Positions 1 through 14,837 of a stretch of DNA of 64,000 nucleotides are shown in pieces (position 1 is the first letter of the stretch; every line of letters begins with the position of its first letter). This DNA is from Lingula anatina (lineage: Eukaryota; Animalia; Brachiopoda): positions 20,460,001-20,524,000 of the forward strand of contig CM120640.1 in the NCBI GenBank assembly GCA_051362555.1. The letters are read 5' to 3'. Made by a program: the position numbers and the translations under genes. The notes under the pieces were generated by a model. It saw only the letters and a list, made by a program, of their open reading frames with translations. It had not been told where the DNA came from and searched no databases.

Positions 1-3000
1 CAAGAATTTGATTGGGTCAGATAATATAAAAAATTTGAATTACACCCTTCATAATCATATTAACAAAACAATCAGTCCTATGAGAACCCCTTTTCTCGCT
101 TACCTCTTGCCTTTTCTCTTTGAATATGTTATATGTATCGTGGTGTGACAAGAGATTAAAAAGCTATTTACATGCAATAGCCTTTTTCCAATTTAAACAA
201 CATATTTACGTTTTCCAGTCTTTCTGCTGCTCTAGTCGTAAAAGTCAACTGGGCTTGCCGCTATCAAATGTCACATAACAAGCACAACTAAAACATCACA
301 TGACTCAAGGTATCAATTATTTTGGACGGACGCCAACGTGTCAACCTGTTGTAGTAAACTAAGCATTTTTGAGCGGGGTCTTTTCGGAAACTCCCACGCC
401 ATATTTAGGAAGGGTGTTAAGTTAACTATAACGTCTTTCGGTAACCGAGAACTTGTGTTCGCTACCACGAGACTCGCATGGCTGTTACAAACAAGAGTTA
501 TTTACTCCACGAATCTCTCAACTAATGCCCAACCCTAACAAACAGTATTTAATTCTACGTGTTTCGGTAATTTCCCTACGTCTAGAAGCCGCCTTCCCAG
601 TTTGGTTAATGAGCATGTTTCTATTTTTGACGCATTTTGAAGTTTCCTGCTCGGCAGTGTGGATTTCATAATTTTTCTTATGTTCAAAATCTTATGAGAG
701 CAAGGTCTGCTTTCATTCTGAACAACGTTCTCTCTTGTTCTCAGCTTTGCTTGGCTTTTATTTGAACTGCTTGATACATAAGTTCATTGTATCGGAATTA
801 TGAGGGAAAAAACAATCGAATGATCAAATTGCACCCCCCCTCCCCAAAAAAAAAAAAAAAAAAAATGGAGGGGGAATACTGGAAAAAGAATGCAATATTT
901 CTAGGAGTTCTATTATTTTCTTTGCTATCTGCAGTAGAATTCGTGTAAATAGAATGAGGGGTACTGTGCGTGTGTGTATGTGTGTGTGTGTGTGGTCTAT
1001 ATACGATTCACACCATCAGTATTATGTAAGAGGCAAAATTGGTAAGACACTTTGTCGTTTTTGCTTGTTTGCATATGGAGGATGCTGACAACTTGCTGAT
1101 CTTTATTCATTATAGAAAATTATAGAAAAAACTTGTGTATCCAAAATAACAGTTATGGTTACGATCAAACTATGCCATTGCCACGGTATTACCAAAGAAC
1201 ACATAAAAATCTTTGCAGCTATGCATTATCATAATTTAGTTTTGTTAGTTTGCAGAGTTGCTTTCATATTGACATCAATGCATAGAAATTGATAGTCTTA
1301 CAGCTTATAAGATAATTAATTTTCGTCGTTGACATGGCAATTGGGGTGAAAAATATTTAAAAGAGCATTTATGTATTTCTTGCAATGTTTTTAACTAAAA
1401 GAATACTAAGGGAGTGCATGAACACAGGAGAGTAAAAGAGGATTTAAAAATAATGTTATATAATTCAACGGTCCACCTAAAAACACGATTAAAATCTTAT
1501 TGACCTACAAAACAACCGGTAAGGGTATGTATTCGACACGATTTGAATATAAAATATGACAATAACACGCATAAATGTGAAATAAAAGAAAAATTTGGCA
1601 TAATATAAAAACAAATATCCAGCTTATACATCTATGTACCGGTACCAATCATAAAGTTTTTTTTATCGCGTCAGGTAAACCAAAATTCCATAAGGGAAAT
1701 TTAATTTATGCTGTAAAAACTTGATTTAAAATCGGTTAAAACAGTTCATAAATACAATCAAAGTACAGATGAACAAATATAAAAAATCATAATCAATGGA
1801 ATGAGCATCGAAAAGAAGTCTTTCATGCTAACGGAAAAACCATCACGAAACCCCCCCAATGTCACTTCCCATTTTTTTAGAAATCTCAACTAGAGATAAA
1901 TGACTTAATTGTGTAGTTATTAAGTGGTATTTTTAGCATTGCATTAAGTTTTATGAGACGCAATATGTCAAAGTCAAAACAAACTTGCATATGCATGATA
2001 TCAAAATGACAGTCATTTGTCGTGCTCTTCGCGTGTCACCAATGCGATAGCGGCGATGTCAACGACCGGTGTTCACATTTTAAGAATTCAGGTACTGCAG
2101 CTTGTAATCTAACATTTTCCATGAGATCAAATAAAACTCTTCTTAGTTTTTTTTTGTTCCAGTTACAAAAATAGTCAAAAGTAAGGGAACCCTGCTTAAA
2201 AGAGATTATTAAAAGGTTGGGAAGGTCTTACGTGATTTAATGGGTCATTGGTATTGGGTGTGGTTCTCCCTCCCTCTCAACTCTGAAGAAAGAAAGGGGA
2301 TAAACGCACACAGCTTTACATCAACAGAAAAAATCTAATAATGAAAGATGCCACAACATATATTTGTCTGTTTAGTTCTTAATGCAGGTTTAAACGCTTC
2401 TTCTTTTCTGTTAATGTATTTTTCGGTTCTTAAATAATTAACACATAGATGATCCTGCTTATGGCATGGTTGAGAAATTTAATGGTTAATGGTTTTATGT
2501 GCAGATTACGTAGTAAAAGAACGAGAGAGAGAGAGAGAGAGAGAGAGAAGTAAAAGCTATGGTTTTAGTTAAAACGCTTTTTTTCCTTCATATAAACCTG
2601 ACAATGTATTACGAGTAATAAATTCATAATCATTTCCGGGGTTAAATTTCTTATCTCATTTACAAATCACAATTATAGTGCAGAATAAATCTTTTTCATA
2701 AATTACATGGGTGCGTGACATAGCTAGTAGATACAATGCGCATTATTAATAAACATCGTGAGGATTTCTCCTTCTAATCCAAAAAAATGAACGAGATTTC
2801 AGGACCCAAGTATTATAAAAGTTCATAAAAAATAAAAGTCAAGGGTATCTCTCCAAGACGTTCGTGCGACGATGCACTATTCAATCACGGAGAAATATAA
2901 CATGGCGGGGTAGCAGGGGCTGGATGGAAAAGCTACACAGCGTATGCGCTCGAACATTCGATACTATGACGTAATATGAGAGGATAAAGTAGAACCCTGG

Positions 3001-5000
3001 ATATGCGGTATAGAATAAGCCTGTATATACGGAGGGTTCTCGGAACTTCCCAGCTAACATTGTACAATATGCATTTACATTATCTCCAAAGAATAGTTTT
3101 CGCTAGGAAACTGACTGTCCATAAAAATGTTTTCACGAAAAAGAGATAGGTGGAAACGTGGAAACATGCACCCCATGCAGTAGCGAGACATCCAAGCTTG
3201 TAAAAATTAAAACTAGGCGAGTGATCACACAAAAAAAGCTTCAAATCCTCACTCACGTTTTTAAAATCCCACTTCGTAGATCATCAGTATCCGGGTCTTT
3301 AGATCACGCTTCCGTGTATAGATTCCTTGTAGTAATTTCCGGGCGCCAATAAATTAATACGAGGTCAGTGGATTTTAGTAGTGGTCATAGTCCTTAAATA
3401 TAAACATCCAGGGAACCAGCAGAACAGAGCAATATGACCTTTGTCCAGGGAGATAACATTAAGACCACATTGTGGTCAAATGGCTCAAGAATATTTATGC
3501 CTCTTCGTAGCTTGGCGGTGAGCAAGAACAGTTGCTCTCTGGCAACAGTGGGGTCTGGTGGGACCCGCAAGGACCGCAGTCAGCTGAACGATGTAAAAGA
3601 AATAATATAAGGTGCCTGTTAGCTATATGACTCTGGAATTTCAGTAACTATTTAAATCGCTCTCTGCTCTCATCTGGTTGGTCAGCTATATTTTGCATGT
3701 TATTATGCAATATCCTAAAGCGGAGTCGTGGCCTGGAGGTCAACTAATTACGTAATACCATTTAGATTACACGCTGGTTCTCTGTGATAACTTAAGGTTA
3801 ATGACTGCGCAGTGCAATTTGCATATTATTCATCTATATTAGAGTGTCCACTAATCTAACTGACCACAGGCTACTAAGGATATTGAACCTGACCCCCGGC
3901 TGGACTCAGGCAGCTGTAGCTTAGCCATGATAGCGATGCTACTGAATCGCACTATTTGTGAAATGAACTATTAAGAGAGTCGTCTTTTTCTCATATACGA
4001 CTGGCACTTGTTTACGTGTTCTATGTTTCGTCTGTAATAAAGGTGTTTGTTATTGTTCTGAGACAAGTGTTTTTTTCTGTGTGTCTCTTTCTAGGCATGA
4101 TTTTTTTCCTTGACTTTCTACGCTTCTTTTTTCGTGGGCCAGTGAGATCTGGATAAAGCCGGAAAAATTGCATCGGGTCTGCGTATGAGTCAAATCAACA
4201 TTTAAATGTACCAGGAAATTAGATCTAGAAAATGAATGTTTGATGAAAGATTACCTCACTTTTAGTGAATCTAACGAAGTAAACAAGCCCAAAGAGTCAA
4301 GGTTAATAATGCCAACAAAATTAAGAGAAACTGTTTTAAATGATGTTTGGAATTAAAAGAAAATGGCTAGTCATTCACATGGTTATTCGCACCTAGGTTA
4401 TGATTAAAAAAAAAACACTTCATACATATGTGTAATGATGATGCATATCTGTATATATGTCATTTTGTTGCTATTTATAAAGTTTTTTGTATTATTACTA
4501 TTACTATTGATCCCTGTACAATTTCAACAGCTCAGTTTGATATAAAGAGTATGAATAAAGAAATATAATATATAATATAATGATAGCATGATTTAAAAAT
4601 TTTGGTATGTTTACTATTGAACCCCTTTTACTGTGCTTGTGCGTGTACGAGTGACCAGCTGAAAATATTTCTATACAGACTATTCGATTTTATTGTTTAA
4701 TTGTTCTCAAAATGTATTTACTGACTTAAATTGATGATGAAAATTGTTTATGTTGTGCTAATAATTTTATTAAATCGCTTTTTCGTCTAGTTTTATACAT
4801 AACGTAAAGTTTAAAGGTTAGAGTTTGTAACAAAAGAACAAAGTTCCTTTCTCTTAAACAACGAAAAAAGACATGCAGGCCAATAAGGCTTTTAGTTAAC
4901 GTTGGTTAAGTGAAAGCCGGTTTGTAAACGACATTTAGACCGATACCACGCGTGTTGTGTGTTTTTTATAACACCAAATTTTTTAAAGACACGATAATGC

Positions 5001-5112
5001 AATATATGACTGACAGGAGAGTCCAAAATATGACTGACAGGAGAGTGCAAAATATGACTGACAGGAGAGTCCAAAATATGACTGACAGGAGAGTGCAAAA
5101 TATGACTGACAG
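5001..5112. repeat. 24-bp minisatellite (aaaatatgactgacaggagagt[c/g]c), ~4.5 copies
   Basis: Direct reading; variants alternate gtcc/gtgc. Confidence 0.95.
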
Positions 5113-5559
5113 AATAAGAGAATGATTTCCCAAATCTTGCTAACGATTTAACACACTCAAGTGTGCTTTGTTTGAAAAAAAAAGGGAGAAAGAAAAAGAA
5201 CACTAAGAGATGGTTCCGTTAAATAGTCGTTTTTGTGCTCTAATGAGAGTCTGTTCCTTGAGCGGTACATTACAATAAGATGCTGCGTCTAATTACGAAA
5301 TATTGTAATTTAGGCCCATTGGCATCAGTTCATTGCCAGTAACTTTTCATTACATCACATAAATTGTGGAAAGATTGTATGTCACAATCCACATAAAATA
5401 GTATAGTATAGTATTTATTTATTAATGTGACATATGATATAAATACATCAGCCGGCCTAATGGGCCTACAAGTCACCGTGCTTTGTACATATATCAGAAA
5501 CAAAGAAAAAAAATATATATATATTAAGGTTGAAATATATGACTAAACAAACACTATAA

Positions 5560-6480
5560 TTCATGGTATAGTCAACTCCTGAGCCCTAAATAGAACTGTC
5601 TGCCTTAGACTAAAACTGTTCTTTAAATAACATGCCAAGTCTTTAGGTTTATTTACAATTATGTGTACTAGCATTTTAATTGAATCTTCCCTGTCAACAT
5701 GACGGCAGTCCAATATTTATGCATTTTACGTAGTTTTCTTCAGCCCTCATCTTTTATTTAAGATATTAAAATATCTGGCTGTATATTTACTGTGGCAGAA
5801 ATAAATTAAAGTGATGAATTTCAGTTGTATTATCGTTGAAATTAAGACAATAGTGACTTTTCAAATTATGAATCTTTAGTTGCCTTGTTGAAAATTTACA
5901 AATAATTGATATGACATTTCTCGTAATAATGCCAAATAAAATGAGACGTGTTTTTTTAAGTGTGTGTAGTGATGATTTCTTTGATATTTTCTAGATTTTT
6001 GTTGTTATCATGAGTTAAATCGAGGTGTTACTTGCACGCTTACTTTAGTTTTGTTAGATAATTTCTTATGAAAAGAAGTTATCCGTTTCTGGATATTTTA
6101 GGATTTCATTTAGGATAATACAGATTGTTTGCCACAAAAAGAGTTATACGATTCAAATAACTCCCCGACCCCCCTAAAAAGACCAACGTCTTCAGCAGGA
6201 TGAAGGTCGTTATTGTTTTCTATCAAAAAAACAATTCTTTACATTTATTACACAGATCTGCTTTAATATTTCAAGATTTTGATTTATTTTATAAGTGGTT
6301 TTGCTCAATGTCAGATTGAAAGCGGTTATGATATTTACGGACAAATATTTCAAATTGAAAAATATGTTGACCTTCTTTACCATTTTTACATTTTTGTTAA
6401 AAAATTTCTACAACTATTGTGTCAACATTTCACTAGATTTTTGAAGTTATATTATTGCAATTAATATTTCATCCTTTAAT
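5560..6480 (-). mobile_element. Highly decayed LINE fragments
   Basis: Frameshifted ST-YFFNL-like motif near 6345-6385 and ICKF...EIHHF-like 3' ORF2 remnants near 5790-5910. Confidence 0.3.
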
Positions 6481-8020
6481 ATAATTTTTCCTTCCCTTAA
6501 AAGTCCATCTCAGCGGTTAAAAATGACTGTTTTGCTCTGTCCACAATTTGATTATTACTTTACAAATAGTCATACTAGGGATTAAGAGTGGAAATTTTAA
6601 CGTAACCAAGTTAGAAAACTGAATAATAGAAAATCACACCACAAAACACTTGATTTAAAAAACTGTCTCTGTCGCGAGTTTCACGGTATTTTGTGAACTG
6701 CATTTTACAAATATTTTCTGAACCCGAGTATCGCCTGCGTAAAATTGATGAATTCAAAAAGAAAATAATCTTGAAAATAAAAGTAGTAGAATTAACCAGT
6801 GACGGGTAATAAATGGACAAAAATATACCTCATCAAAAACGTTTTTTTCACGGTACCCTCTGCATTTACCTTTGCATTGAAATCATATATGCCCGACATT
6901 CAACAAAGGCGCAATGTATTCAACTTCCATCTCTGTCATTAGTTGCGCAACTTATATGACTCTTCTTAAAGCAATAATGAAAACGCCATAAAGAAGGGTA
7001 TTTGAATAGAAGAGTAATGCGAAATCGAATAGCTTTTGCCGTTTCACGGCTTCTTCTGTACTTTCAATGCAACTAACGTTACAGAGAGATCAATACAGCG
7101 TCATCCCCGGAGATATGTTATTTCGAAACGGTAGGTTAAGCATCTTTCCTAAACACCAACCAAACCAACACATTACCTATGTTCAAGAATATTTTAATGT
7201 TTTCTTATACCATCAATTAAAACTACTCATTTTGAATAATCAAATCGAATTCTGAAAATAAGACTGTGGATTTTTTTTTTCAGAGTTTTAGAGAGGAAAT
7301 CTTTGACCTGCATCATGTAATGTATTCGAGTTTTTAGCCCGGTCAATAAACATTTGTTAGGTTCGTGTAATCTTCTTGCGTCATGGGAGGTACTATTTTG
7401 TGAGGTTTGCCAGGCTTGGGTATATGATTACCAAGAAGAAGCAGAGTTATATACAGAATGAGTGGTTATTCCTGCGCCACCGCATCTGGTTATTTTGGCA
7501 TGGAAATAATCAGAATAATCACCTTATTATTATCGCCACAGTTATACATGACACGTACAAAAACGTAATGATAAATAAATAGACCAATAAAATGAAATAA
7601 AATGAATGCATAATAGAATACATAATAGATTAATTCAAAGAATTAGAAAACGAAAAATAGATAGATGTCAAATAGTCCTATTGTTTAAAAAATGTAGTAC
7701 GTTTTTTTTTTTGGGGGTGGGGGTGAAGGGTGCATACTTGTATCTTAAATACTAGGCGATGCCTATTACATGGTATTTTGTATGAGACTAAATACTTGCA
7801 TTAAAATTGTGTGATAAGTAACTTTGTTAGATACTTCTCAGTTTTTCTACCCTGATACATGTAAAAAAATTTTTTGATGAAAAAGTAAGCAACTTCCTAA
7901 GCTCTGCCTACTGGTGCAAGGTCTGTTTACTGTAGGTTATTTCAGCCCCCCCTCCTCGCTCTTGCTCCCTCTCGTCCTCTCTCCTAAATCTCCTCCTCTC
8001 CCTCTTTATATATATAGAGA

Positions 8021-8022
<2 letters not shown>

Positions 8023-8088
<66 letters not shown>
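8023..8088. repeat. (AT)n microsatellite
   Basis: Direct reading. Confidence 0.97.
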
Positions 8089-8090
<2 letters not shown>

Positions 8091-9259
8091 TCTCTTGGTA
8101 ATTCAATTTTGAACGAAGACCAAAATTTGCCGGTATCAAACACATTTAATAACTCATTGAATTTTACTGAAAAACCAACCTCTACGCCTCCAAAGTAAGA
8201 ACTGTTCTTTTTTCTTTTCAATTTTCTTTTGTTCTCTTGTTTCTATGCTCAAGTATACTGTGTTTGACAGTTTTTTTAAACGAAGAATAATATAACTAGA
8301 AAATGTGAAGATTTAAAATTTGTTATTCTTAAAATTCTTTATTCGATCTGAAAATGAAGAATTTGGTATTATTTTTATACGTCTGCCATAAGTATTAATC
8401 TACAATATCAAGGGAGAATTTGGGGGGAGGGAGGAGGGGCGACAACGCACCGTCTCACGTACGTGTGTATGTGAGTTTAAACTTAAATAAAATTACAAGA
8501 CAGCCAGACGATCACCTGTCAAGGAACCTCTCCTTTTTCAGGCTTTCGGTTAAAAGACCCTTTTTTTCATAACCTCCATGTCAGATTGCTGCTTGCTTCC
8601 GCCACAAATATATCCAAATTCTACTCAAATCTGTAATTAATTGGAAAATAATTTGATTCTGGAAGAACGCTTAAGTTGCTGCTATGAGGAACTGCTGTCA
8701 CGAAACACCGGCACGCTAGTTTTTCTTACTGAGTTATTTATTACTTTTTCAAATATTGCCTGAGGTAAACCAACGTGTATATCAAAATCATTTTCTTCGC
8801 TATGTTTAAAACCAGGTGCAATAGTCCGAATATTTATATGCTTGTTCTGTCTATATTATAGTCAACTGAGATGTTCAAAATTTGCATTAAAACGGCGATT
8901 TAAAATATCGCTGTATTTTTCTTAAAAACACATCTTAACGTATTTGAACAGCTACCTTTTATATTCTTAACGTTTGATGCTTTAAAATACAACTTATCCC
9001 ACTTATGAACAGACTAGATCACCGACTGTTGCGCACCCAAACACACAATCAAAAGTCTCATCTAACGCATTTTTCAAAGGTAAATGCCAGTCAAAAACAC
9101 TTCTGAAAAGGAATTTGATTACACTTACAATTTTTTCTTCTTATTGACTACGGCCAGATTTTCATATTGGTCCGAAGATTCTGCAAATTACAAACGTTTT
9201 TAGGAAAGTGCATCTTTGGTCCGAGGCCTTGATACTCTGAATTTTTCCTCTCATTTAGG

Positions 9260-9952
9260 TTTAATGTTTAAGAACATTGTAACCTTTTATTATCATGGGG
9301 TTTTTCCTGCACCTAATTATTCAATAATGGATCTAATTTTGTGCTGATTTAAAACAATGAAAACCCCTCGAAAATATAAAATATCGGCATTTATATTTTT
9401 TCATTGCAATGTATAAGCATAGGCAACTCAAAGCTTTAATCGTCAATTTAACTTCTTTCTATTTTGAGGTGAGATAGCAACCGGTATTGGGTGTGACCTG
9501 AACCCTGAACAAGATTTTATCACGAAAATTGGCAGAGTTGACTAGGAGTGTACAAGCTACAATCTCGTGCCGTCATTTTTGTTTAAATGTTTTTGTTGTG
9601 GGCCCCTAATTACAGTTTTTCATTTAATGAAGGCATTATTTTGCTTTATCAACGATAAAATCTGAACCAAGACTTTTAAGAAAAATCGCTGGCAGGGATT
9701 TGGATTACTAAATGGTGTCATTAAATCGGCTTTGAAACGGTGATCGTGGGTGCTCAGGTAAAATAGATATTTGAGAAACCGATTTTTCAGTTTTTACCCC
9801 AACATCGCAATTACGGCGTCACCCGTAAGATGACATATGTGTAAATGTTTATTTATTTCGTCACTGAACACTGAACATTTATTTATTACCAAAAATCATG
9901 TATGTAAGGCAGTAAATGAGGAGTTTTGGGCGAAGGGTGACCATATCCTTAA
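9260..9952. mobile_element. Interspersed repeat, copy 1 (probable non-autonomous DNA transposon ending ...GGTGACCATATCC-TTAA)
   Basis: Colinear similarity to 40670-41358 over ~700 bp. Confidence 0.75.
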
Positions 9953-12876
9953 ATGCCAAATAGTCCAAAACGTTCATACTCCGACATTTGGTTTCATTGT
10001 TCCGAAGGTCTTAAGTCTGGAAGCTTACATTGTTCAAAGGCATGAGAGTCGTGAAAGTCGCAGAAGGGGGGGGGGGGGGGGGGGGATATTGGAGAGGACC
10101 CCCCCTACTTTTTGCAATCCCGCGCAAGAACCAGGTGCTAGGGCAAAACCAAATCCGTACCCCATCGTTCTTTTTTCCTGAATGGCGCACGCCTCTTTTT
10201 CCCACCCCCTACGCGCCTGTGGTTGATGCTATAAAAACTTAGGGTACTGTCACACTTAGCGTATAGCACTAACGTATGAGAAAAATTTGGTCAAACGCAG
10301 ACAAATAATTGGACTTCCGTCGTATACCTCCTGAGTACGCAGACAAATTTTGGAATAAGTTCTGATAAGCGGAGGAAGTTAGAACATTTTGAGCATGTTC
10401 CAAAACAATTTCATTCGTTCCTTTTCATAAGCTGGAAAAATGGTGATTTCATACGCTCAAACCTATAAGTATGAGGGACCGTCGTTATTGAGGTCGGAGG
10501 GGTCGGGGTGGAGAAGAAAATGCCAAAAAAATTCGAATTCACCCCTCTTCCGAATTGATTGAAAAATGCAGCCCCTCCACCCTCAATAAAAAATATAATT
10601 CCTATTCATTCATTAAAAGAAATAAAGTGCAATGTGCTTTAATAATTTATTAATTTATTTCTGAAGGATATTTCAAGCAAAAGTTTTATCATTTGAAATT
10701 GAAGTATTGCGTCTTTCCACTTTTTGGGCAGGATTTTTAAGTTAACGGAGTTGTTCGTAACATATAAAAATATAGCAGGCTAATATCTGAGGCAAAAGAA
10801 GCGAAAGAAGGAGCAAAAAAGTTGAGAAAGAAACTTAAAGGAAGACTTGAAAGAAATTTGTGAGCTTTTGACTGGCAAGAAGATGGACTTAGACATAACC
10901 ACAAAGGCAATATTGAGGCCACTGTACAACAAACATGAACAGAGAAGCACTGTGTACAAAACTGAGGAAACGCTTTCATCTAGAGCCTCTTAAAGACCTA
11001 GTCCAACAAGGATATGTTTGTGAGTGTACTTCCTGAAGTTGAAGAGGCTATTCAGAAGTTGGAAGCACCACTTTATATGATTGCAGCGTCAAATAAAGCA
11101 GCGAAGGATAAACAGGTGATATTTTCTGTCCTTCTTTTAAAATGTGAGAAGGCGGCACAACCAGTAGAAACTGATGAGAGTTCTCATACACTGTAGTGAA
11201 TCAATCAATGATTCAGAGTGATTCTGAATGACCCTATAACAGTGATGAGCACTGACACTTTGTTAAAAATTGTTTTGTTTTGCCCCAATAAAGAGGTCCA
11301 GTAGTTAATTACCTAAAAACATGGTATAAAAAGTATGTCAAAAACACTCTACTCATGTGGGTATTTTAATGAAAGATTTCATGTACAAATTTAATGCTTT
11401 TATAAAAACTTTTTAATGTAAACATTGCTGATTTTTCTCTTTAGGCACATCGTAAGAATGGGGTATAAAGCAGAGTTTAACGGTAGAAACTAAATACTAT
11501 AGAATGAATTCCAGTTATTCTTATAAATGAAAACTAGTACCATGAAAAAAAGGCGAAATTAATCAGACAAGATATGATGATATTTTATGCATACAGGTAT
11601 TCTAGTGAAAACAGAAGGAGAACAGAAAAGACGCTCTTTGTATAAACAATGGTGCATAAAAAATACAAGATGCATTAAAACGGGTCAAGCTCAAATATCC
11701 CATACTTAATTAAAATTTGGGTCCAAAATTTTGAACAGCTCAAAGCTTTTGTTCCGATTTCACGATCTCTCAAGAATTGCAAGAACTGACTGAGAATAAA
11801 TAAGAATCAGTAAAAAGCTTAAATAATGTATTACGATTAAAGTAAGAACCCTGCGATTCATCAATTCCTGGCGGTTCGTGGAATTTGTAGCCGGTGTGGA
11901 ATATGGGTATAGGGTTTATGATCTCAATGTTGCTCGTAACCCGCCCTCATACCGAGGCCGTTTTCCAGAAAGCAGCTAGGTTGCCCGGTCGACTGCATGT
12001 GTTTGAAGTAGCTGGTACGCGTCACCAGCGAGCCAATGCTTGGTCACTTACGTTTTTAGTTTTATTTTCTCTAGGGAGTGATTTAAGTGAACCAAATTAT
12101 GCTTAGTGCAATATCTAAATACGTTCTGCCACAGGTTATTGGAAATGACTGATAGTAATTGAATGGGTTTAATTTTTTGCAGATATCAATTATTTCACGA
12201 TTAAGATGTTGGTGTATCTGGTTTATAATATATGGTTTACAATACTTTTCTTCACACTTTTTGGTGGACAAGTTATTTTGTCTGTACATTTGTTATGACT
12301 ATATAAGATAATCGTTGCTCTTCTTCTCCTTGATACTGTTATAGCTTCCGCTGAAAGTTTATTCTTGGCTACGTTAGTGTTTAGAGGTTATTGCAGAATG
12401 GTTGTTTGGTTGTATCGCTGTACAAATTTCAATCAACTAGTGATCTATATATACAGTTATAGACGTCATAGAGGAGTGCAATGGCTCGCCGGAGAAACTA
12501 GTCTAGATCGGTCCACAGATGTCGCTAGTGCAGGCCTCAGATTCCCGAGCGCAAATGCCAATATTAACGAGCCGCACCTCAGATTCACAAGCATAACGTA
12601 AAGTCAACGAGCACAAACTTTGGACCAACGCTAGGCCATGTCGATTTCGACTTTTTACAGGTCCCAATAAAGACCAAATAAGAATGCATCTAACAAGCAA
12701 TTTAGACATTTAATATCAAAATATGTTTCACGTCTTTTTGTTAATTTTATTTTCAAAATATGAAATTGACGTGGTCATGTCGATTACATTTATTATTTTA
12801 TTTTTTGGGAGGGGTATGCAGCAAAAACACAGGCGCAGACTCCTACCTTTGGAAAATGGTGGGTTGGCGTATAGTA

Positions 12877-14178
12877 ATGCCCACTTTACACTTGGTGGCG
12901 TCCTTTCTGCGTCCCTTCTTACGATCAAAAATATGGTCAGGACGTTCAATGGTCACCAAAGCAATTAAATCGTGCCTCAGTGTAAACGCTTCTGCGCTTC
13001 TTGTGCGTCCATTGAACGACTGAATCTAGATTTTACCTGTAAAACTGCGAGCGTCCTGTACGTGCGTCCACTGAGCAACCTGCCTGCCTCCCCTGTGCAA
13101 CCTACGGCGTCAAGTGCAATGTTTGAGCAACCATTGTGCATCCTTGTTGCGTTCTCTGTAATTTCATCGGCGATCAGTGGCCACCATTCTACGGTCTTTC
13201 TGCCTCCTGCTAGACCGATCAGCGTTGTTTGGGCGCCCTTCGATATATTCTGACTCTTTTATACTTTTTCATCAATTATAACACGGCCATCCAATTAAGA
13301 ACATCTCCAGAAAATAATAAGGAATAATAAGAAATTATAAGGAATTTCGAACTTCGGTAAAGCAAGGTCTGCGTGGACTGATAATAAGCCAGATGATAAT
13401 TGCTGTCCTTAAGTGAAAGATAGACAGGCGCTGAAAACGAAAAAGGCTGATTGGCACAACACAATGTTTGGGTGAGTTTTCAAGAGACGCATTCTGCAAA
13501 AACAGCGGCAATAACTGCATCTTGAAAAAAAAAAAAAAAAAAAAGCAAAATATTCGTTATGCAATAACCTCCAAAAATGGATCGGTTCAAGAATTTTTGA
13601 AAAAAAAATTGGAGGCTGGTATGAGACCACTAGTAGATGTTTCCCGCAGATATCCTGTCTCAGGTGAAAAATATCCTAGCACGGCACAGTTTGAGCGTAA
13701 AGAAGTAATGTTTTACGTTCCGACACTGGCCAATCATTGAGCATTCATTCTGCAACCAAAGTGCGTCCTTTCTACGACCACAGAGCAACTTGCGCGTCCT
13801 TTCTGCGACCACAACCAAGCTTGTGCGTCCCTTGAGCAACCAACCCCTACCGCGTTCTTTGTGCGATTGTTTTGACAATGCTCAAAACTTTGCGGCGACC
13901 ATGGCGTTTTCGGCGATGCATGAACGATCTGTGTGCGATCTTAACCATCACCGTGCGTGTTCTGAGCGTCCAATGGCGACCTGCTGGGCTCCGTAACTCG
14001 AAAGCATCGCGTATTGCGAAGAGCGATATTACATTTGTAGAGGCTACGATGTATTATATGGGACAAGTATGGGCGAGTTATGGAATCGAGACGCTAGCGC
14101 TCGGTCGCAATGCGCGATGCTTTCGAGTTACGGGGCCAGGTCAGCTTCGAAGTCGCACAAAGGACGCCGTAGTTTAAA
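12877..14178 (+). mobile_element. Non-autonomous TIR element 'A', copy 1 (PIF/Harbinger-like)
   Basis: Ends gccc.ctttacact..ggcgtcctttctgcgtcc / gcacaaaggacgccgt. Colinear with the reverse complement of 59420-60569. Confidence 0.8.
13987..14137. mobile_element. ~150-bp palindromic MITE inserted in element A copy 1
   Basis: TIR ggctccgtaactcgaaagcatcgcgtattgcg / cgcaatgcgcgatgctttcgagttacggggcc. Absent from the A copy at 59.5 kb. Confidence 0.85.
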
Positions 14179-14837
14179 CGATATCTGCGAGGATGACAAA
14201 AACGTTTTATTAAAATCAATCAATAAATAAATAAACCAAGCAATGAACTTTTGTTTCGTTTTGATCGTTCCGGACTGTTCTTGTACATCTTGGCATAATA
14301 ACATGCATATGTCTCGGAACATTTTAAATAATCATTTTCAAGAAATTAATTTATTTTGTAGTCTCTTTCTTTCATATTCTTCCCTTTTATTGGGGGGTGG
14401 GGGAGGGGGTGGTCAGCATTCATTCAGATAAACAAACGACCATGTTATTAAAACAGGCCACGACCTACTGGTACTACCCGCACATCAATAATGTATTTGG
14501 AAACTGAAAATGTTTTAAGTAAGCTGGAAATAACACAACTGAAATGACGTACGCCCATCAGGTTTCAGGTACGTACCTTTTGAAATTATTCATTCTCCTT
14601 TTCGACATATTCAGTGGAAAAATTGTCTTGATTTTGGTTGCCGGTGCACATCGTTTTTTTCCAGCTTATTATCGTACCTAAATGTTTCATCTATGTGCCT
14701 CTTGAAAGAAATGCCCGATTGATCAATTTGGTAAATTTATATATGTTTTGCATAACTGACCTCTGTTTCATAACACATCCCATACATTGAACACCCTTTT
14801 CACATTTGGATTTATTTTGTACTTTCATTGACACTTA

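Noticed and set aside
1010-1230. Short coding-like stretch (…YDQTMPLPRYYQ…)
   Set aside because: Interrupted by stops, with no recognisable family or splice context.
5001-5112. Regular repeat resembling a CRISPR array, and the ORF 4892-5203 (SHILHSPV repeats)
   Set aside because: Contiguous tandem units with no unique spacers, eukaryotic context and no cas genes. The ORF is a by-product of the 24-bp unit.
7914-8221. ORFs with IYIY runs (also poly-L at 21160, poly-G at 10030/16396, ER repeats at 47429)
   Set aside because: Translations of microsatellites and homopolymers.
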